From: Podarcis liolepis
Taxonomy: Eukaryota
Length of the DNA: 64,000 nucleotides
Assembly (NCBI GenBank): GCA_965112155.1
Contig: OZ218098.1
Reading direction: 5' to 3' (one strand)
Positions within the stretch are counted from its first letter, which is position 1; each line of letters starts with the position of its first letter. Both the position numbers and the translations under genes were made by a program. Below, in pieces: positions 13,052 to 25,407 of this stretch. The notes below the pieces were generated by a model. The model worked only from the letters and a program-made list of their open reading frames with translations, made no database searches and was not told the origin of the DNA.

Positions 13052-15121
13052 ATATTTTAAGATCAGAAACAGAGGCTGTGTGTGCAGAGACTTGTGGGGT
13101 GGCACAATGGACACCACAACTATGAGGTGGGGAAGTGCCAAATATTTGTATCACAGAGGACACCGCTGAATTTTTTGACCCCAAAGTCCACCACTGTCAG
13201 AAAAGAAGGCTGGAGTTTGAATGCTCATTTGAAGCCCTCCCCGTTCCTTCTCACTGCATTTTGGGTCAGTGCCATTTTCTCTCAAATGGACTACACAATT
13301 TGTCCGTGATGGTGTGTTGAGGCCCATGTGTGAGGCCCAGGACAATTTCCCCTGTTGCTCCCCGCCTAGGTCTGGCTGAAGGAGAGGGAAATTGACTCAC
13401 TCACACCACCCAGGGAGGCTATAGCTGAGCTGGGATGTGACCCCAGGGGAACCCAACTGTAGTTGGAGAACCAAACTCTTTAAAGGCAACCTTACTGAAT
13501 CCCCCAACCCCCCCCCCCATCTTTCTGAACACAGAATATAAGGCGAACAAGAACAATCGAATTTAGTGGCAGTATTTGTTTTACATTTTATTTTTTTCAT
13601 TTTTTTTCATTCGGGGAACCTTCAAATATAATCTGTGTTCAGGGTTTCAAATTAAATTACATCCCTTAAGCTTTCCAGATACCCCATCAGAAGCATATCA
13701 CTAGACAGTATAACTTTTCTGCAGCATCTTCAACTGAAGCACAGAGAGACGGGGGGAAGGAGGGAGGGAGGGAGGGAGAGAGAGTATTGTCAACCATCGA
13801 CTAGTAGTTGAAGCCTCTTCTGTCGGGCAAATGGACTTCATTAGATGAGCAGTCCATCAGCGCAAACCTTTTGGGATGACAAAAATTCCCACTGAATTCC
13901 CAATTTAGCTTTCCACCAACGTTGCCAACTCTCGCTCGCATGGTTTTGGCAGGCTTACTGACAAAATTTGTGTTGGTAGAGACAGAAAATTGAAACCCAA
14001 GTCCGGCCCCTGCCAATCCAACACACCCGCAAAACAGTTCGGCTTCCAACATCTGATCAGTGTTTTGAAGGGACAGCTAAAAGGCTACATGTGAAAGGGA
14101 TCCATGCTGTTGTTTTCTGCCAAACTGCAGTCCACCCTGGAACGGGGAGGGCAATATCAGTTAGATATACTTTGCACATTTATTTTGGAATGGATTGTGT
14201 TAGTTAGGACAAAAAAAAAGCAAATGCAACAATTCCCATTGATAAATGCCCTTGAGAAGTTTGAATGTCCTTGAAACTTCTATGTTCAGAATCGGCAGAC
14301 TGTGTGCATGAGTGTGTTCTGTATGTATATTAAGCTTTCCACATAAGATGTTGGATCAGGTGATTAAACATCCTTAGGATCTCCCACCACCACCTTTAGG
14401 ATTGCATCCTTAGGGTCCCTCCAGATATCTACCTTATGGTGCATTCATGATTATTTTTGCTCATGATTATGATTATTTTTGCTCTAACCATAGCACTAGG
14501 ATTCCAACTCAGATGCACAGAAATATTTTCATTATTTTCGCCTGTGATGGTATCTTGGTGGTTAGTGATCAATTTTTATTCTTTCTAAGCAAAATGTTTC
14601 AGACAAAATGTAATGGACACAAGATTAGCAATGTCCACTTTTTTTTTGTAATGTATAGTTTCTATCAGAAGAAGCTACTTTTTTGTTGTTGTTGTTTTGC
14701 TACCATGTTTAGGGAATGCACTGGTCTTTTTAAAACAAAAATTAAAAACAGGAAGGTATATTCCTCACAGGATTGCAAAAGAAGAAGGCTCTCCCAGACC
14801 CTCCAGTCTGCCCTGATGCCACCACGAGTACCCAGGTGGGCACAGCTGGATGAGACCAACTTTACCCTGCTCACCCATCCAGGTCTCAGTGGTACAGATC
14901 TGCCTCCTCATACACAGTCAGATCATGGATGCATGAGGTCTTACTCTGAGCCAACCTGGCATTCAGCAAAAGCAGCCACAGAACCATGGTGACTTTCTGA
15001 TTTGAGGGGTAATAGCTCAAAGTAAAACCAATTAGTAAGCCCACACTAGGTTGAGAGTTCGTTTCACAATGTATTCAGCAGGTTGCACCACAATAAGTAC
15101 CTGAGAAGAACCTGGAAATCT

Positions 15122-15453
15122 CCTGAAGGAACGTCTCCACCCCCATCGTTCAGCCTGGACACTGAGGTCTAGCTCTGAGCGCCTTCTGGCGGTTCCCTCA
15201 CTGCGAGAAGTGAAGCTAAAGAGAACCAGGCAGAGGGCCTTCTCGGTAGTGGCACCCACCCTGTGGAACGCCCTCCCACCAGATGTCAAGGAAATAACTA
15301 TCTGACTTTTAGAAGACATCTGAAGGCAGCCCTGTTTAGGGAAGTTTTTAATGTTTGATATTTTATCGCTTTATTATTAATAATAATAATATTCTGTTGG
15401 GAGCCGCCCAGAGTGGCTGGGGAAATCTAGCCAGATGGGCGTGGTATAAATAA

Positions 15454-15509
<56 letters not shown>
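15122..15509 (+). mobile_element. L2 LINE 3' end with (TTA)n tail
   Basis: Encodes RAFSVVAPTLWNALP; 3' stem GCCGCCCAGAGTGGCTGGGG...CCAGATGGGC; (TTA)n tail. Confidence 0.88.
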
Positions 15510-15510
<1 letters not shown>

Positions 15511-16451
15511 TGGAATGCATATAATGAATCAAAGTGGATCATTTTTCGTTAGGGCATACAACTTTCCCATTGACCGAAAAGGAAAAAGAAAAGCAGAAGA
15601 GATGAGATGAGATGGTAATATCTCTCTTAAGATGACAAGAGGGGTAGCTCAAGTAAAGCTAGGATTCCTCACCTCTCCACCTTTGAAGGCTCTGTTCTCT
15701 GGGCTCAGCCTCCCATTCTCCTTTGTCCTCCAGCCTTTAAACTCATGGCAGCTAGTTAACCAGTGAAAAGGGGCGGTAGGGAGAGACAGAGGGCATTAGA
15801 AGCTTGGAAGGTGAAAGCAGCAAAGAACAGTAAACAGAAGGAGAGACCAGTGTATCAAGTTTGCCCCTAAAATCTGTTTGCCTCCAGATGAGAGGTAAGG
15901 CTTGCTTCACATTGTTTACAGCTCAAGTGAACAGAGAGCTGCAGGTAACTCTTGCCATCTATCTGGTTGATAGATCACAGGGGCTCAGTTGACTCAGATG
16001 TTTGGTTTGCAGGGGGTGGGAGAAGGATTAATGTATTTTTCAATCTTCATAATATGTTGGAAGGTGTGCTGGAGTCTTACTGATCTGAGATAGTGTAAAA
16101 AATAAGTAAAAATCGCTTTCTTTTTAGCTATCCATAGGGGAGGGAGGGGGCACGAGGAAAAATAGGACACACATAAAATCTCAGGTTTTCGACTTTTTAA
16201 AGTACTTTCTATCTAAATGCAGATTTCTGGAAAACGTCCTAGAAAAATTTACACCCAGCATGCAAATCAGGACTGCATGGAGAATTTCCACTAGGAGCTC
16301 CCTTTAAGGCAGTGGGAGGAAGATGGAGGCAGGCATTAGGTTTTGATTTTCAGTTCTTAGAGAAATATCCAAATATCTCGGGTTACCCAGATCTCGGTTT
16401 TCTGCTTCCCTTCCCATAATAAATTGCTCTGTCTTTCAGCTCATGTATAAA

Positions 16452-16880
16452 CAGGAGTTGTGGGACAGAAACTGGATTCAGTTCACATTTATAGGTGGAC
16501 CTACCTAGCTCTCATTTTTCCAAACAATGTTCAGTGGTGGGAGGTGGGGGATTGCGGCCAGCCTTCAAAATTTGCGCTTTTCCGAATTTTGCAATGCAGT
16601 TCAAGCAATGTGTACAAAAATGCATATACCATGGTAAAGTGTGCACAGAACATAGCATAAAAAACATGCAGTACAGAAGGGAAATTTTCTTTCCAAAATA
16701 TATGTATATTGGGTGAAATGGCAAACAAAGAATTATACTTTATCTTACAAGGAATTTGCACTGAACTCCTGGCGAATTTGAATGAGAGCTTGCATTAAAA
16801 AATAATAATCACAAACTGATCTGAAAATGTGGAGAACTGGAGAACAATGGAGAGAAACCGAAATTGACAGTTTCACCTAA
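16452..16880 (+). mobile_element. AT-rich non-autonomous DNA transposon (hAT-like family)
   Basis: GATTCAGTTCACATTTA...CCGAATTTTGCAATGCAG...AAAAATGCATAT...GAGAAACCGAAATTGACAG; related copies at 21565 (+), 30915 (-) and 52580 (-). Confidence 0.65.
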
Positions 16881-17459
16881 TAGACAGTGCTGCCTCCTTT
16901 AGAGAAGCCAAATTTTAAATCTCTCCGCCAAATTAAAATGGATGTTTTCCACAGCATTTGCTGAATTGACAATAATCCTATTTTAATTTTTTTTCCTAAA
17001 TCCACAACCTATTAAGGACGAAACTGCATTCTTAGCATAATTCATGAATGCGCTGTCAAAATTAACCACAGGGCTGCATGGATGACCCTAAATTGGCTAA
17101 AATCCACCTTAACTAGTCTGCCAAAATGGTCAACCACAAATATTTCCAGAAAACCAGCATGGCCATTGTTCCACTTAAGAGAGCTGATCTAAGCCCTTTC
17201 AGAAGTGTGGGTGTGGCTCCTTTTGTTCAAAGAACATGTGCTGCACAGGGTGCTCTGGCTGCAGTGCCAGGCTCTGACCCTGCCCAACTCTAAATACGCA
17301 TATCACAACAATATCTGCAATGTTCCAACATGGAGGCAGCTCTCCCTCTGATCAGGGACTCTTTACTTGAGTATTGGCTCAAAACACACAGAGTGCGGTC
17401 AGAGCTCATCCCTGTGAGGCTGTTCCTCACCCTAAAAGCATTCCATGGCTGGAACACTG

Positions 17460-17646
17460 GAACATAAGAAACTGCCTTATGCTGAATGAAACCATTGGTC
17501 CATCTGATTGGTATTGTCTACCTTGACCAGCAGTAGGGTTTCAGACTGGGCATGTGTCCCAGTCCTCCATGAATATGGCAGGGGTTGAACCTGACACCTT
17601 CTGCAAGCAAAGCAGCTGCTTCCCCACTGACCTACAGTCCTTTCTA
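17460..17646 (-). mobile_element. tRNA-derived SINE (Squam2-like), host of a Sauria SINE insertion
   Basis: Minus strand GGACTGTAGGTCAGTGGGGAAGCAGCTGCTTTGC...GGTTCAACCCCTGCCA head and CTTATGTT tail. Confidence 0.6.
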
Positions 17647-18030
17647 GGGACGCGGGTGGCGCTGTGGTCTAAACCACTGAGCCTCTTGGGCTTGCCGATG
17701 GGAAGGTTGGTGGTTTGAATCCCCATGACGGGGTGAGCTCCCATTGCTCTGTCCCAGCTCCTGCCAACCTAGCAGTTCGAAAGCACACCAGTGCAAGTAG
17801 ATAAATAGGTACCACTGTGGCGGGAAGGTAAATGGCATTTCCATGCGCTCTGGTTTCCATCACATTGTCCCGTTGTGTCAGAAGTGGTTTAGTCATGCTG
17901 GCTGCACGACCCGGAAAGCTGTCTGTGGACACACGCCAGCTCCCTCGGCCTGAAAAGCGAGATGAGTGCTGCAACCCCATAGTCACCTTTGACTGGACTT
18001 AACCCTCCGGGGTTCTTTTATCTTTACCTT
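17647..18030 (+). mobile_element. Sauria SINE (subfamily B)
   Basis: Full-length head to ACCTTT tail; 14-bp TSD TACAGTCCTTTCTA (17633) / TACAGTCCTTCCTT (18031), 2 mismatches. Confidence 0.93.
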
Positions 18031-19436
18031 TACAGTCCTTCCTTCATTGCACGGAGGCCCTGTGCGCTAGTGAAAGGGGCTGCAATGGGGCGGTGAAGAG
18101 GATGAGTTACTACTGAGCCAGATATATCTCATTCAAGCTAGCAGTGTTAGCAAAGGTAATCATTAGTTGATTCCGAGTGCCGATTTACCCAGCTCATAAC
18201 GGCTGGCTAAATTCAGATTCAAATCAAATGTCATTTCCCCGAGAAATTCTTTTCTATCTCAAAATGTAATGAAAGATCCCAAGCTTCTGCAATCTGCATT
18301 CAGCAGGCTAGGCACTCAAAGCTAGCTTCTGTTAGGTGCCTGCATAGAGGCTCTCCAATCTTAATTCTGCTTACATTTCAAGAATCCTTATTCCTTTTGA
18401 AACTCTTGCTCAGGGAAAAAAAGATACCTCTAAATTCTTCTGCCCCCAAATGGCATCAAAATCCTTCTGGTGCAGCCACCGAAACCCTTAAAACAAGAAC
18501 ACAGACATGTATGAACATAAATACATACCTAAGTCTCGGAAATAGTATGGCAAGGTTTTCTTCCCCATGCAAAGAATCCTCTCTCTCTGTCACGACTGTC
18601 ACCAAAGTTATATAATTGGAGGGAAACAATAAAATGACAGATTGCTTGTTCTAAATAATTGAATATACAGGACAGCAAACAGTGGGTTATGAAAAATATT
18701 CCTCAAAGGACATCAAACTTCAATAAGTTGTGCAAAACAAAGACACTGATCTCTCTCCTCCTGTCAGAGTGGAATGTTTTTAAAAGTCCAGTTATAATTT
18801 TCTGCATCAATTTTTAAACATTTTTTTTTTAAAAAAGAGGAAGAACAGGCGATATAGCTGAATCTTTTGGTGTCAAGTAGAACAAAGGTACGCGCTACCT
18901 CTCCCCGCCTATGTGCCAGATGACACATATAGGCCTCTCTGCAGCTTTAGGATGAATTATTGTAATTAATTATGATTATTAAATATTTATCATCATTATT
19001 ATTACTAGATAAAGGTCCATCACATTTGGCAGGCAGGGAAGAGGAGAAAAGGAGAGCTTCATCTTCTCACCCTTGTAAGTTTTAGGGGTTTTTTTGTTCT
19101 CTTTCTCTCTCGGTTCTTCCAGATGACTTATTCACTGAGCATTCCTCCTGATTTCCTTACACAGAGGTTAGATGCTATCAAGCCTTTGTTGAGCATTTGT
19201 TCCGAGTTGTGTGTGGGGAGGTTAGACAACAATGAACATTCATCCTGATTTGCTTATGGGGTGTTTGCACACCTTCCTGTTATTCATTCATTCATTATTC
19301 TCATTTTCCCATCACTTGTCTAACTAGAAGAGTCAGTTTCTTGTATAAGGCACATTTGTTGTATTAGGGTGACACTTTTATGGTGGAAAGCTACATTTCC
19401 AGGTATGCATGAGAAGTTCTCCGACAAAATACAGAA

Positions 19437-19656
19437 GGGGGAATTCAATGTAGCACTATGGAAATTGTTCCGTTACCATCAGTTTTTCAGCTTCCTGGAC
19501 AGAATCATCCCCCTACTCCCCCGGACACTATTCTGGGGGTTCTTCTGACCCACCAAACCAATTTGGGGGGCAGTGAGTGGAGGGGGGGAAGCCCCATTGT
19601 GCTGGCTAAAGTCCTTCTGTGCGCTTTCAGCAGCAGGACTAGCAAGCTGAATCCCA
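19437..19656. mobile_element. MITE with GG(G)AATTCA...TGAATC termini
   Basis: Imperfect inverted termini; similar elements at ~26490-26825 and ~32130-32308. Confidence 0.45.
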
Positions 19657-19851
19657 CGTTGATTGTATAAAGGTGCTCCCCCTCTCTCAAACCCACACCC
19701 CACTACTGCAGATACTTCTCTTAAAACAGTATTCCTGATTCTAGGATTGGATCTCCACTTATGCTTTTAAAAAAGCCTACAGAACAGGAAGGAATCTGGG
19801 AGTCTCATGTAGTGTAAATATTTTCACTGGGGCAAGCAGGCTGACCGTTCA

Positions 19852-20228
19852 GATGCAGGTGGCGCTGTGGTCTAAACCACTCAGCCTCTTGGGCTTGCTG
19901 ATCAGAAGGTTGGCGGTTTGAATCCCTGTGACGGGGTTGAGCTCCCGTTGCTCTGTTCCAGCTCCTGCCAGCCTAGCAGTTCCAAAGCACGCCAGCACAA
20001 GTAGATAAATAGGTACCGCTGCAGCGGGAAGGTAAATGGCATTTCTGTGTGCTCTGGTTCCGTCATAGTATTCTGTTGCTCCAGAAGCGGTTTAGTCGTG
20101 CTGGCCACGTGACCTGGAAAGCTGTCTGTGGACAAACGCTGGCTCCCTCGGCCTGAAAGTGAGATGAGCAACACAACCCCATAGTCACATTTGACTGGAC
20201 TTAACCATCCAAGGGGTTCTTTGCCTTT
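19852..20228 (+). mobile_element. Sauria SINE (subfamily B)
   Basis: Same diagnostic segments as the 17647 copy; 11-bp TSD ACCGTTCAGAT (19844) / ACCATTCAGAT (20229). Confidence 0.93.
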
Positions 20229-20680
20229 ACCATTCAGATCCTTCCATGGTGCTAAGAGTTTACGAAGACAAGGCAGGGTCAAGCATTGGGGCCAGAAAGT
20301 CCAAGCAGAACCTGATGCTATTTATGTATTTAATTCAACAATTGGCTTAACACTGTAGTCTCTAAGCAGTCAGGTGAGAACCAGAAGCTTCAGTAGATGG
20401 GCCATTGACCTGATTCAACAGTCACCTCTTACGTTCTTAAAAGATGTAACAAGGATAAAAGTGAAAATTAACCGTGAAACCAGGAAACTTTTCTGTGCCA
20501 GCTGAAATAAAATGGTTGTTGCCAAGCACTCAAGCTCCAAAAAGGAGAGGACTTGTTAAGTGACCCCCCTCCCCTCCCAGAACTGTCTTTCTGAACAGCT
20601 CTCAGCACCCTTAACAAACCACAGCTCCCAGAATTCTTTGGGGGGAGCCATGACTGTTGAAAGTGGTATCACAGTGCTTT

Positions 20681-20994
20681 ACCTGAAGGAATGTCTCCAC
20701 CCCCATTGCTCAGCCCAGACACTGAGGACCAGCTCTGAGGGCCTTCTGGCGGTTCCCTCACTGCGAGAAGCAAAGTTACAGGGAACCAGGCAGAGGGCCT
20801 TCTCGGTAGTGGCTCCCGCCTTGTGGAATGCGCTCCCACCAGATGTCAAAGAAATAAACAACTACCTGACTTTTAGAAGGCATCTGAAGGCAGCCCTGTT
20901 TAGGGAAGCCTTTAATATTTGATGAATTATTGAATTTTAATATTTTGCTGGAAGCCGCCCAGGGTGGCTGAGGAAACCCAGCCAGATGGGCAGG

Positions 20995-21057
<63 letters not shown>
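20681..21057 (+). mobile_element. L2 LINE 3' end with (TTA)n tail
   Basis: ORF 20560-20922 C-terminus QRAFSVVAPALWNALPPDVKEINNYLTFRRHLKAALFREAF; tail stem and (TTA)n. Confidence 0.9.
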
Positions 21058-21058
<1 letters not shown>

Positions 21059-21564
21059 TACATGTGTGGTGTGAATGTGGCCTTTGTCTCTACCTTACAC
21101 ACCAGACAGTTCCTACCCTTAGAAGTTCATGTGGCAATAAGGAAGCAACATAATACAGATTGCCTCTGCACTGCCCTCGCCCCCCCCCCGTCTTTACTAG
21201 GTAATCAAATCAAATTTATTTATTTGCTTATATCTTTCTTTATAAGATTTATATCCCCCACTTCAATCTCAGCTTACAACATAATATAAAACAATATCGC
21301 ACAGTAAAGGCAGGTTGCAAGTTCAGTGTCTGAGGTTCACCCCCTCATTCTCAGGGGCAGAAAATTTGGAGCTGTGTTCTGGTGATTTCTCTGTGGGGAA
21401 GAGATAATTCTAAGTAACTTTTAGGAGACAGAGGCTTACCTGAAGGACAGTGTGTGAGGGGGGGATGAGTTCTTCTGCTTTGTGTTTTCGCTTTTGTTTT
21501 GCCATTATTGCAAGCAACTAAAGCAGCCCCCACCCCATGCACAATAATATGCCATCGGCAGGAT

Positions 21565-21790
21565 TACAGCTGGGGGGGGGGGAGAGAGAAAATGCAAACC
21601 ACCATCTTTTCAAATTCGCTCTTCTCCGAATTTTGCAACACAGTTCGCTAGCCGGTGTGCATACAAAAGTATGCGCTAAGGTAAAGTTTGCCAAAACAAT
21701 GCACACATTAGTGAAGAAAATGTACAGAAATGAATTTCATTACAAGTAACTGTTTTGCAAAAATGTGTATGTTATGGGGAAACACATAAT
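21565..21790 (+). mobile_element. AT-rich hAT-like element fragment
   Basis: Similar to 16452-16880 (AAATTCGCTCTTCTCCGAATTTTGCAA...GCAAAAATGTGTAT). Confidence 0.55.
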
Positions 21791-21796
21791 GGCCAA

Positions 21797-21990
21797 GAAC
21801 AAGACTTTGGGGTTGCAGTAGGTAGCTTGATAAAGATGTCAACCTGGTCTGTGGTGGCAGCAAAAAAGGCAAATTCCATGCTAGGGAATCCCTAGCTAGG
21901 AAAAGAATTGAAAACAAAAGTGCTAATATCATAATGCCATTATAGCAATCTGCATTTGGAATACATGGACCGAACTTGGTTATCTTCATC
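21797..21990 (+). mobile_element. CR1 ORF2 fragment, decayed
   Basis: AAAAAAGGCAAATTCCATGCTAGGGA...GAATTGAAAACAAAAGTGCTAATATCATAATGCCATTATA resembles the CR1 KANSMLG..IENK..NIIMPLY region. Confidence 0.6.
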
Positions 21991-22439
21991 CATTTCAATG
22001 GGTTCAATGCTCTGAGTAAAACTTAGTTGAATGCCACCCTTTATATTTAGCATGCATGCTTTAACAAACAAACCTGCAAATAGCATGTGCTGGAGGCTCT
22101 GCTAATTATCTGATTCACAGCAGGTGGAGAGAGAGGTTAACCCTTTCCCTTCTTGCGGTGTTCATGATGAAAACTGGTCCTCTGGTGCAGGAACATAATC
22201 CATTGCTGTCAAATGATTATAAATGATGATGCATAAATAAACAATTTGGCAGACTACTTCCAGAATGAAACACAGCAGATCCATCCATGCCTACTGCTAA
22301 CAATCCTGCCCTACCTGGATCTCACCAAGAAGTGATCAAAAAGATAGTTCCACTCTTTGTCCAAAATGATAATGTGATTCCAGAATCAAGATAAATCATC
22401 AACTTCTCTCTACGCAAATAATTCCAGGATGGAATTCCG

Positions 22440-22770
22440 GGGTTGCACAGGGCGCTTCCCTGCTCCACTTGCAGACTCTGCAGAGAGGTGCGCAGGCACC
22501 AACGCAGTCAGAGAGGGGCAGGAGAGACACCCCCACCCCCAATTGCACCCGCCAAGCGCCCAGGCAGCCCAGGAGGGGATGCAAAGGGGCTTCCCTGAGC
22601 CAGACGCAGCATACTCCGATGGGCGGCTGAGAGGCGAGGAGCAGGCTGCCCCAGAGCGGGGAAGGGAGCGTGCCGTGACCCTCCTTTCCGGACACTCAGC
22701 CTGTGGCGCCCTCCAAAATCTGGTGCCCTGGCACCCCGCGCCACTGACGTCTATGGGTAAGATGCCCCTG
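22440..22770. mobile_element. GC-rich non-autonomous hAT-like element (partial)
   Basis: GC/CpG-rich block ending TGGCGCCCTCC...GGTGCCCTGG...GATGCCCCTG, like the TSD-bounded elements at 29597 and 34061; left TIR not found. Confidence 0.5.
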
Positions 22771-24954
22771 ACTGTCTGAATCATTCATAGATCACCAAAT
22801 TTCTTTTAAGGAACAGTGACCACTCACCAGAGATTGTAACCTTGTTCACAAAGAGACCCCCATCTTTTTTTTACTTCATTTCCATTCACTTTAATTAATT
22901 TGTGTCCCTTGGGAGTGTTTGACATGAACTCTCTGTAGGCTTCTGGACTTGTTGCAGACAGTCCTGCTATCTGCAACCTATTCATCTGGTGTGCCATAGT
23001 CTAACAGAGATCTCCAACTTATACTCAACACACCATCTCTCTATAAAAATTTCAGAATAATAAAAAATTAAAGGGAGACAATATTCCAATTGAGCCATCT
23101 ACGAAGTGTAGCTTTTCTTTTCATGTAAGTGCGTGATGTGGACTAGTGACCCATCAGGCTTACTTATTCATCATCAAGTATTTACCAAGCTATCATAGCA
23201 GGGTTGATCCCCCCCCCCCAAAAAAAAGTTCTTTCCCATAGGTCACAATAACTTTATGTGCCATGGATGCATTTGTGCGGCACTGCGTAATACTGTGTTA
23301 TGAAAAGTGCATCTTCAATGTGTACTGTTGCTATGTGCCCACATGGCACCCCACTTGGGGCATATGGTTAGAAGGACTGCATTCAGAAGGTAGGAATCGG
23401 ACTAATTAGGCTGTGCCTTTAATAGGTATTGCATCTGAAAATCTTTCATGGCATTTGCATATACATTTGGTTCAGCAGAGGAGCAAATGCATTTTTTTCA
23501 TACTCACACGAGGAAATTTCGTGAATCTGACCATGCGTTTGGGTAAGTTTCTTGGAAAAATTAGGTGTTAATTTTTAGAAACAATTATCATCCTGACCTT
23601 GATGATTAAGTATGATAATTAAAAGACGTTGTGAGTAATATGTTTTATATCATAAACATTCCTTTCTGATCTAGTCACTGAAAAAAAAAGCCATTTTAGA
23701 ACAGCAAGGAGTAGTTTTTTCCCAATATGATTAGCAAGCCATCTGTTGACATTTTAGTGCAATCTCTTCTGAAAGTCCCCCAGCTTACTGCTTCAGCTTC
23801 AGCACAGAAAGAACCTAAAATAGTAATGCCTTTTGCAGCTCCATCAGAAGAAGGTGATTTAGAAAGGGCAGATGTTTGAGAACAATTAAGAGGATATTTA
23901 GGGGATGTGGAAAACTTTCATAATGAAAGCAGAAGGTGAGGAGAATTCACCTGGGCTTGTGTCTTTCTTCTTGACTTGACCCCCTCGGGATGGTTAAAGA
24001 GGCCTCTTCAATGTGTCCCAGAGATTGTTGGCAGACTTGAGTGGGGCTGGCTGCTGCTAAAGTAAAATGGAAAGTTTGTTTGGGGATTATTACTCAGGTG
24101 AAATAGTTTGGGGGTTTTTAAAGACAAAATGGAGAGGAACAATCTCCAACAGCTAAGAAATGACTGAGCATGCTCAGTCACCACAGAATGGTGACTGCCT
24201 ATGGCAAGAGGGGATGGAAATATGAAGTGGAATGGAATGGAATATCCTAGGAAGGTCTATGGAGGACTGAGCCCCTGGATGGGAGCAGTCCTCACAGCTA
24301 CCATTTTCTTGTGGGTCCAACTTCACTGCATCTGTGCATTTTAACAATTCATTTGCTAATCTTAAATGTTCCTCCCAGGTACCTGATAGAAGTTTTGCAA
24401 AGGCGTTACTGATGTCTGATACTGTCTCAGAGATGTATGGAAATAAAGAATTGCTTCAGGGCTACTCTCCCAACCTCAAACCACCCGTTTTTAGCATTCT
24501 CACACATTGTGAGGAGAATTGTCCTTTTGAGTTTTCAGCACATCTGCTGGACCTGGAGCCATCTGTGCTGTAACTGAACGCTTGCTTATACTTGCCTGAA
24601 TAAGTGGACGGCAGTATACAATCAGCAATTTGGAGTTGGTAATTTCTCAGCTAAATGCTGCCTCCCCTCTCTAAGCATCAAAGGCCCCTTCCCTCTGTCA
24701 CCCCACTTCCTCATTCTTTCTGAGTGGCGGCTACAGTTGAGGGGGAACCGTGCTTCAGATGCCACAGCCTCGCTCAATTGAAGTGGGCTGACGGCAGCAT
24801 CCTTTTCATTCTCTTACGTTTACAAACCAGAACGGCTGAGCCCAGCATCAAAGAGCAGCTCCTTCTACCATTTATGCAGAAGGCAGCCAGAAGCGAGCAC
24901 TCGAGACGCCCACACACCTCTGCTCAGCAGGCAGAGCTGTGCCACCTTGCTTTT

Positions 24955-25138
24955 CATAGAATCATAGAATCATAGAGTTGGAAGAGACCACAAGGGCCAT
25001 CAAGTCCAACCCCCTGCCAAGCAGGAAACACCATCAGAGCACTCCTGACATATGGTTGTGAAGCCTCTGCTTAAAGACCTCCAAAGAAGGAGACTCCACC
25101 ACACTCCTTGGCAGCAAATTCCACTGTCGAACAGCTCT
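24955..25138 (-). mobile_element. CR1 LINE 3' end
   Basis: (CATAGAAT)n octamer tail, i.e. ATTCTATG repeats on the minus strand, followed by GAGTTGGAAG...GTCCAACCCCCTGC. Confidence 0.88.
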
Positions 25139-25147
25139 GGTACGATG

Positions 25148-25407
25148 CAGTCATACCCATCTGACCAAATTAATGAAAGCCTCATACCTCATGTTACGTT
25201 TGCTTCATGTTATGTTTTTTCAGGTTGCATCCCGCGGCAACCCGGAAGTACTGGAAAGGGTTACTTCCGGGTTCCGCTGCTCGTGCATGCGCACAAGTGC
25301 CAAATCATGCCGTGCACCTGCACAGATACGGCACTTCAGGTTGAGGGCTTTTCCTGTTGCAAACGGGCCTCCGGAACGGATCCCGTTCGCAACCAGAGGT
25401 ACCACTG
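25148..25407. mobile_element. Tigger-like MITE
   Basis: Right TIR CCAGAGGTACCACTG+TA; left CAGTCATACC; internal CCGGAAGTA...TACTTCCGG palindrome; related to 45284. Confidence 0.75.

Noticed and set aside
14447-14992. 181-aa plus ORF
   Set aside because: Low-complexity F/C/K-rich translation of T-rich DNA; no domain.
15889-15895. 7-nt microexon-like CAG|ATGAGAG|GTAAGG
   Set aside because: Not frame-preserving, short pyrimidine tract, expected by chance in 64 kb.
22399-22784. Overlapping GC-rich ORFs suggesting a CpG-island exon or promoter (also 33973-34501)
   Set aside because: Open frames on both strands reflect GC richness of hAT-like elements; the 34061 element has TIRs and a perfect TSD.
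24334-24573. Protein-like 79-aa ORF after a TTCCTCCCAG acceptor
   Set aside because: Peptide not recognised, no donor found and no partner exons.
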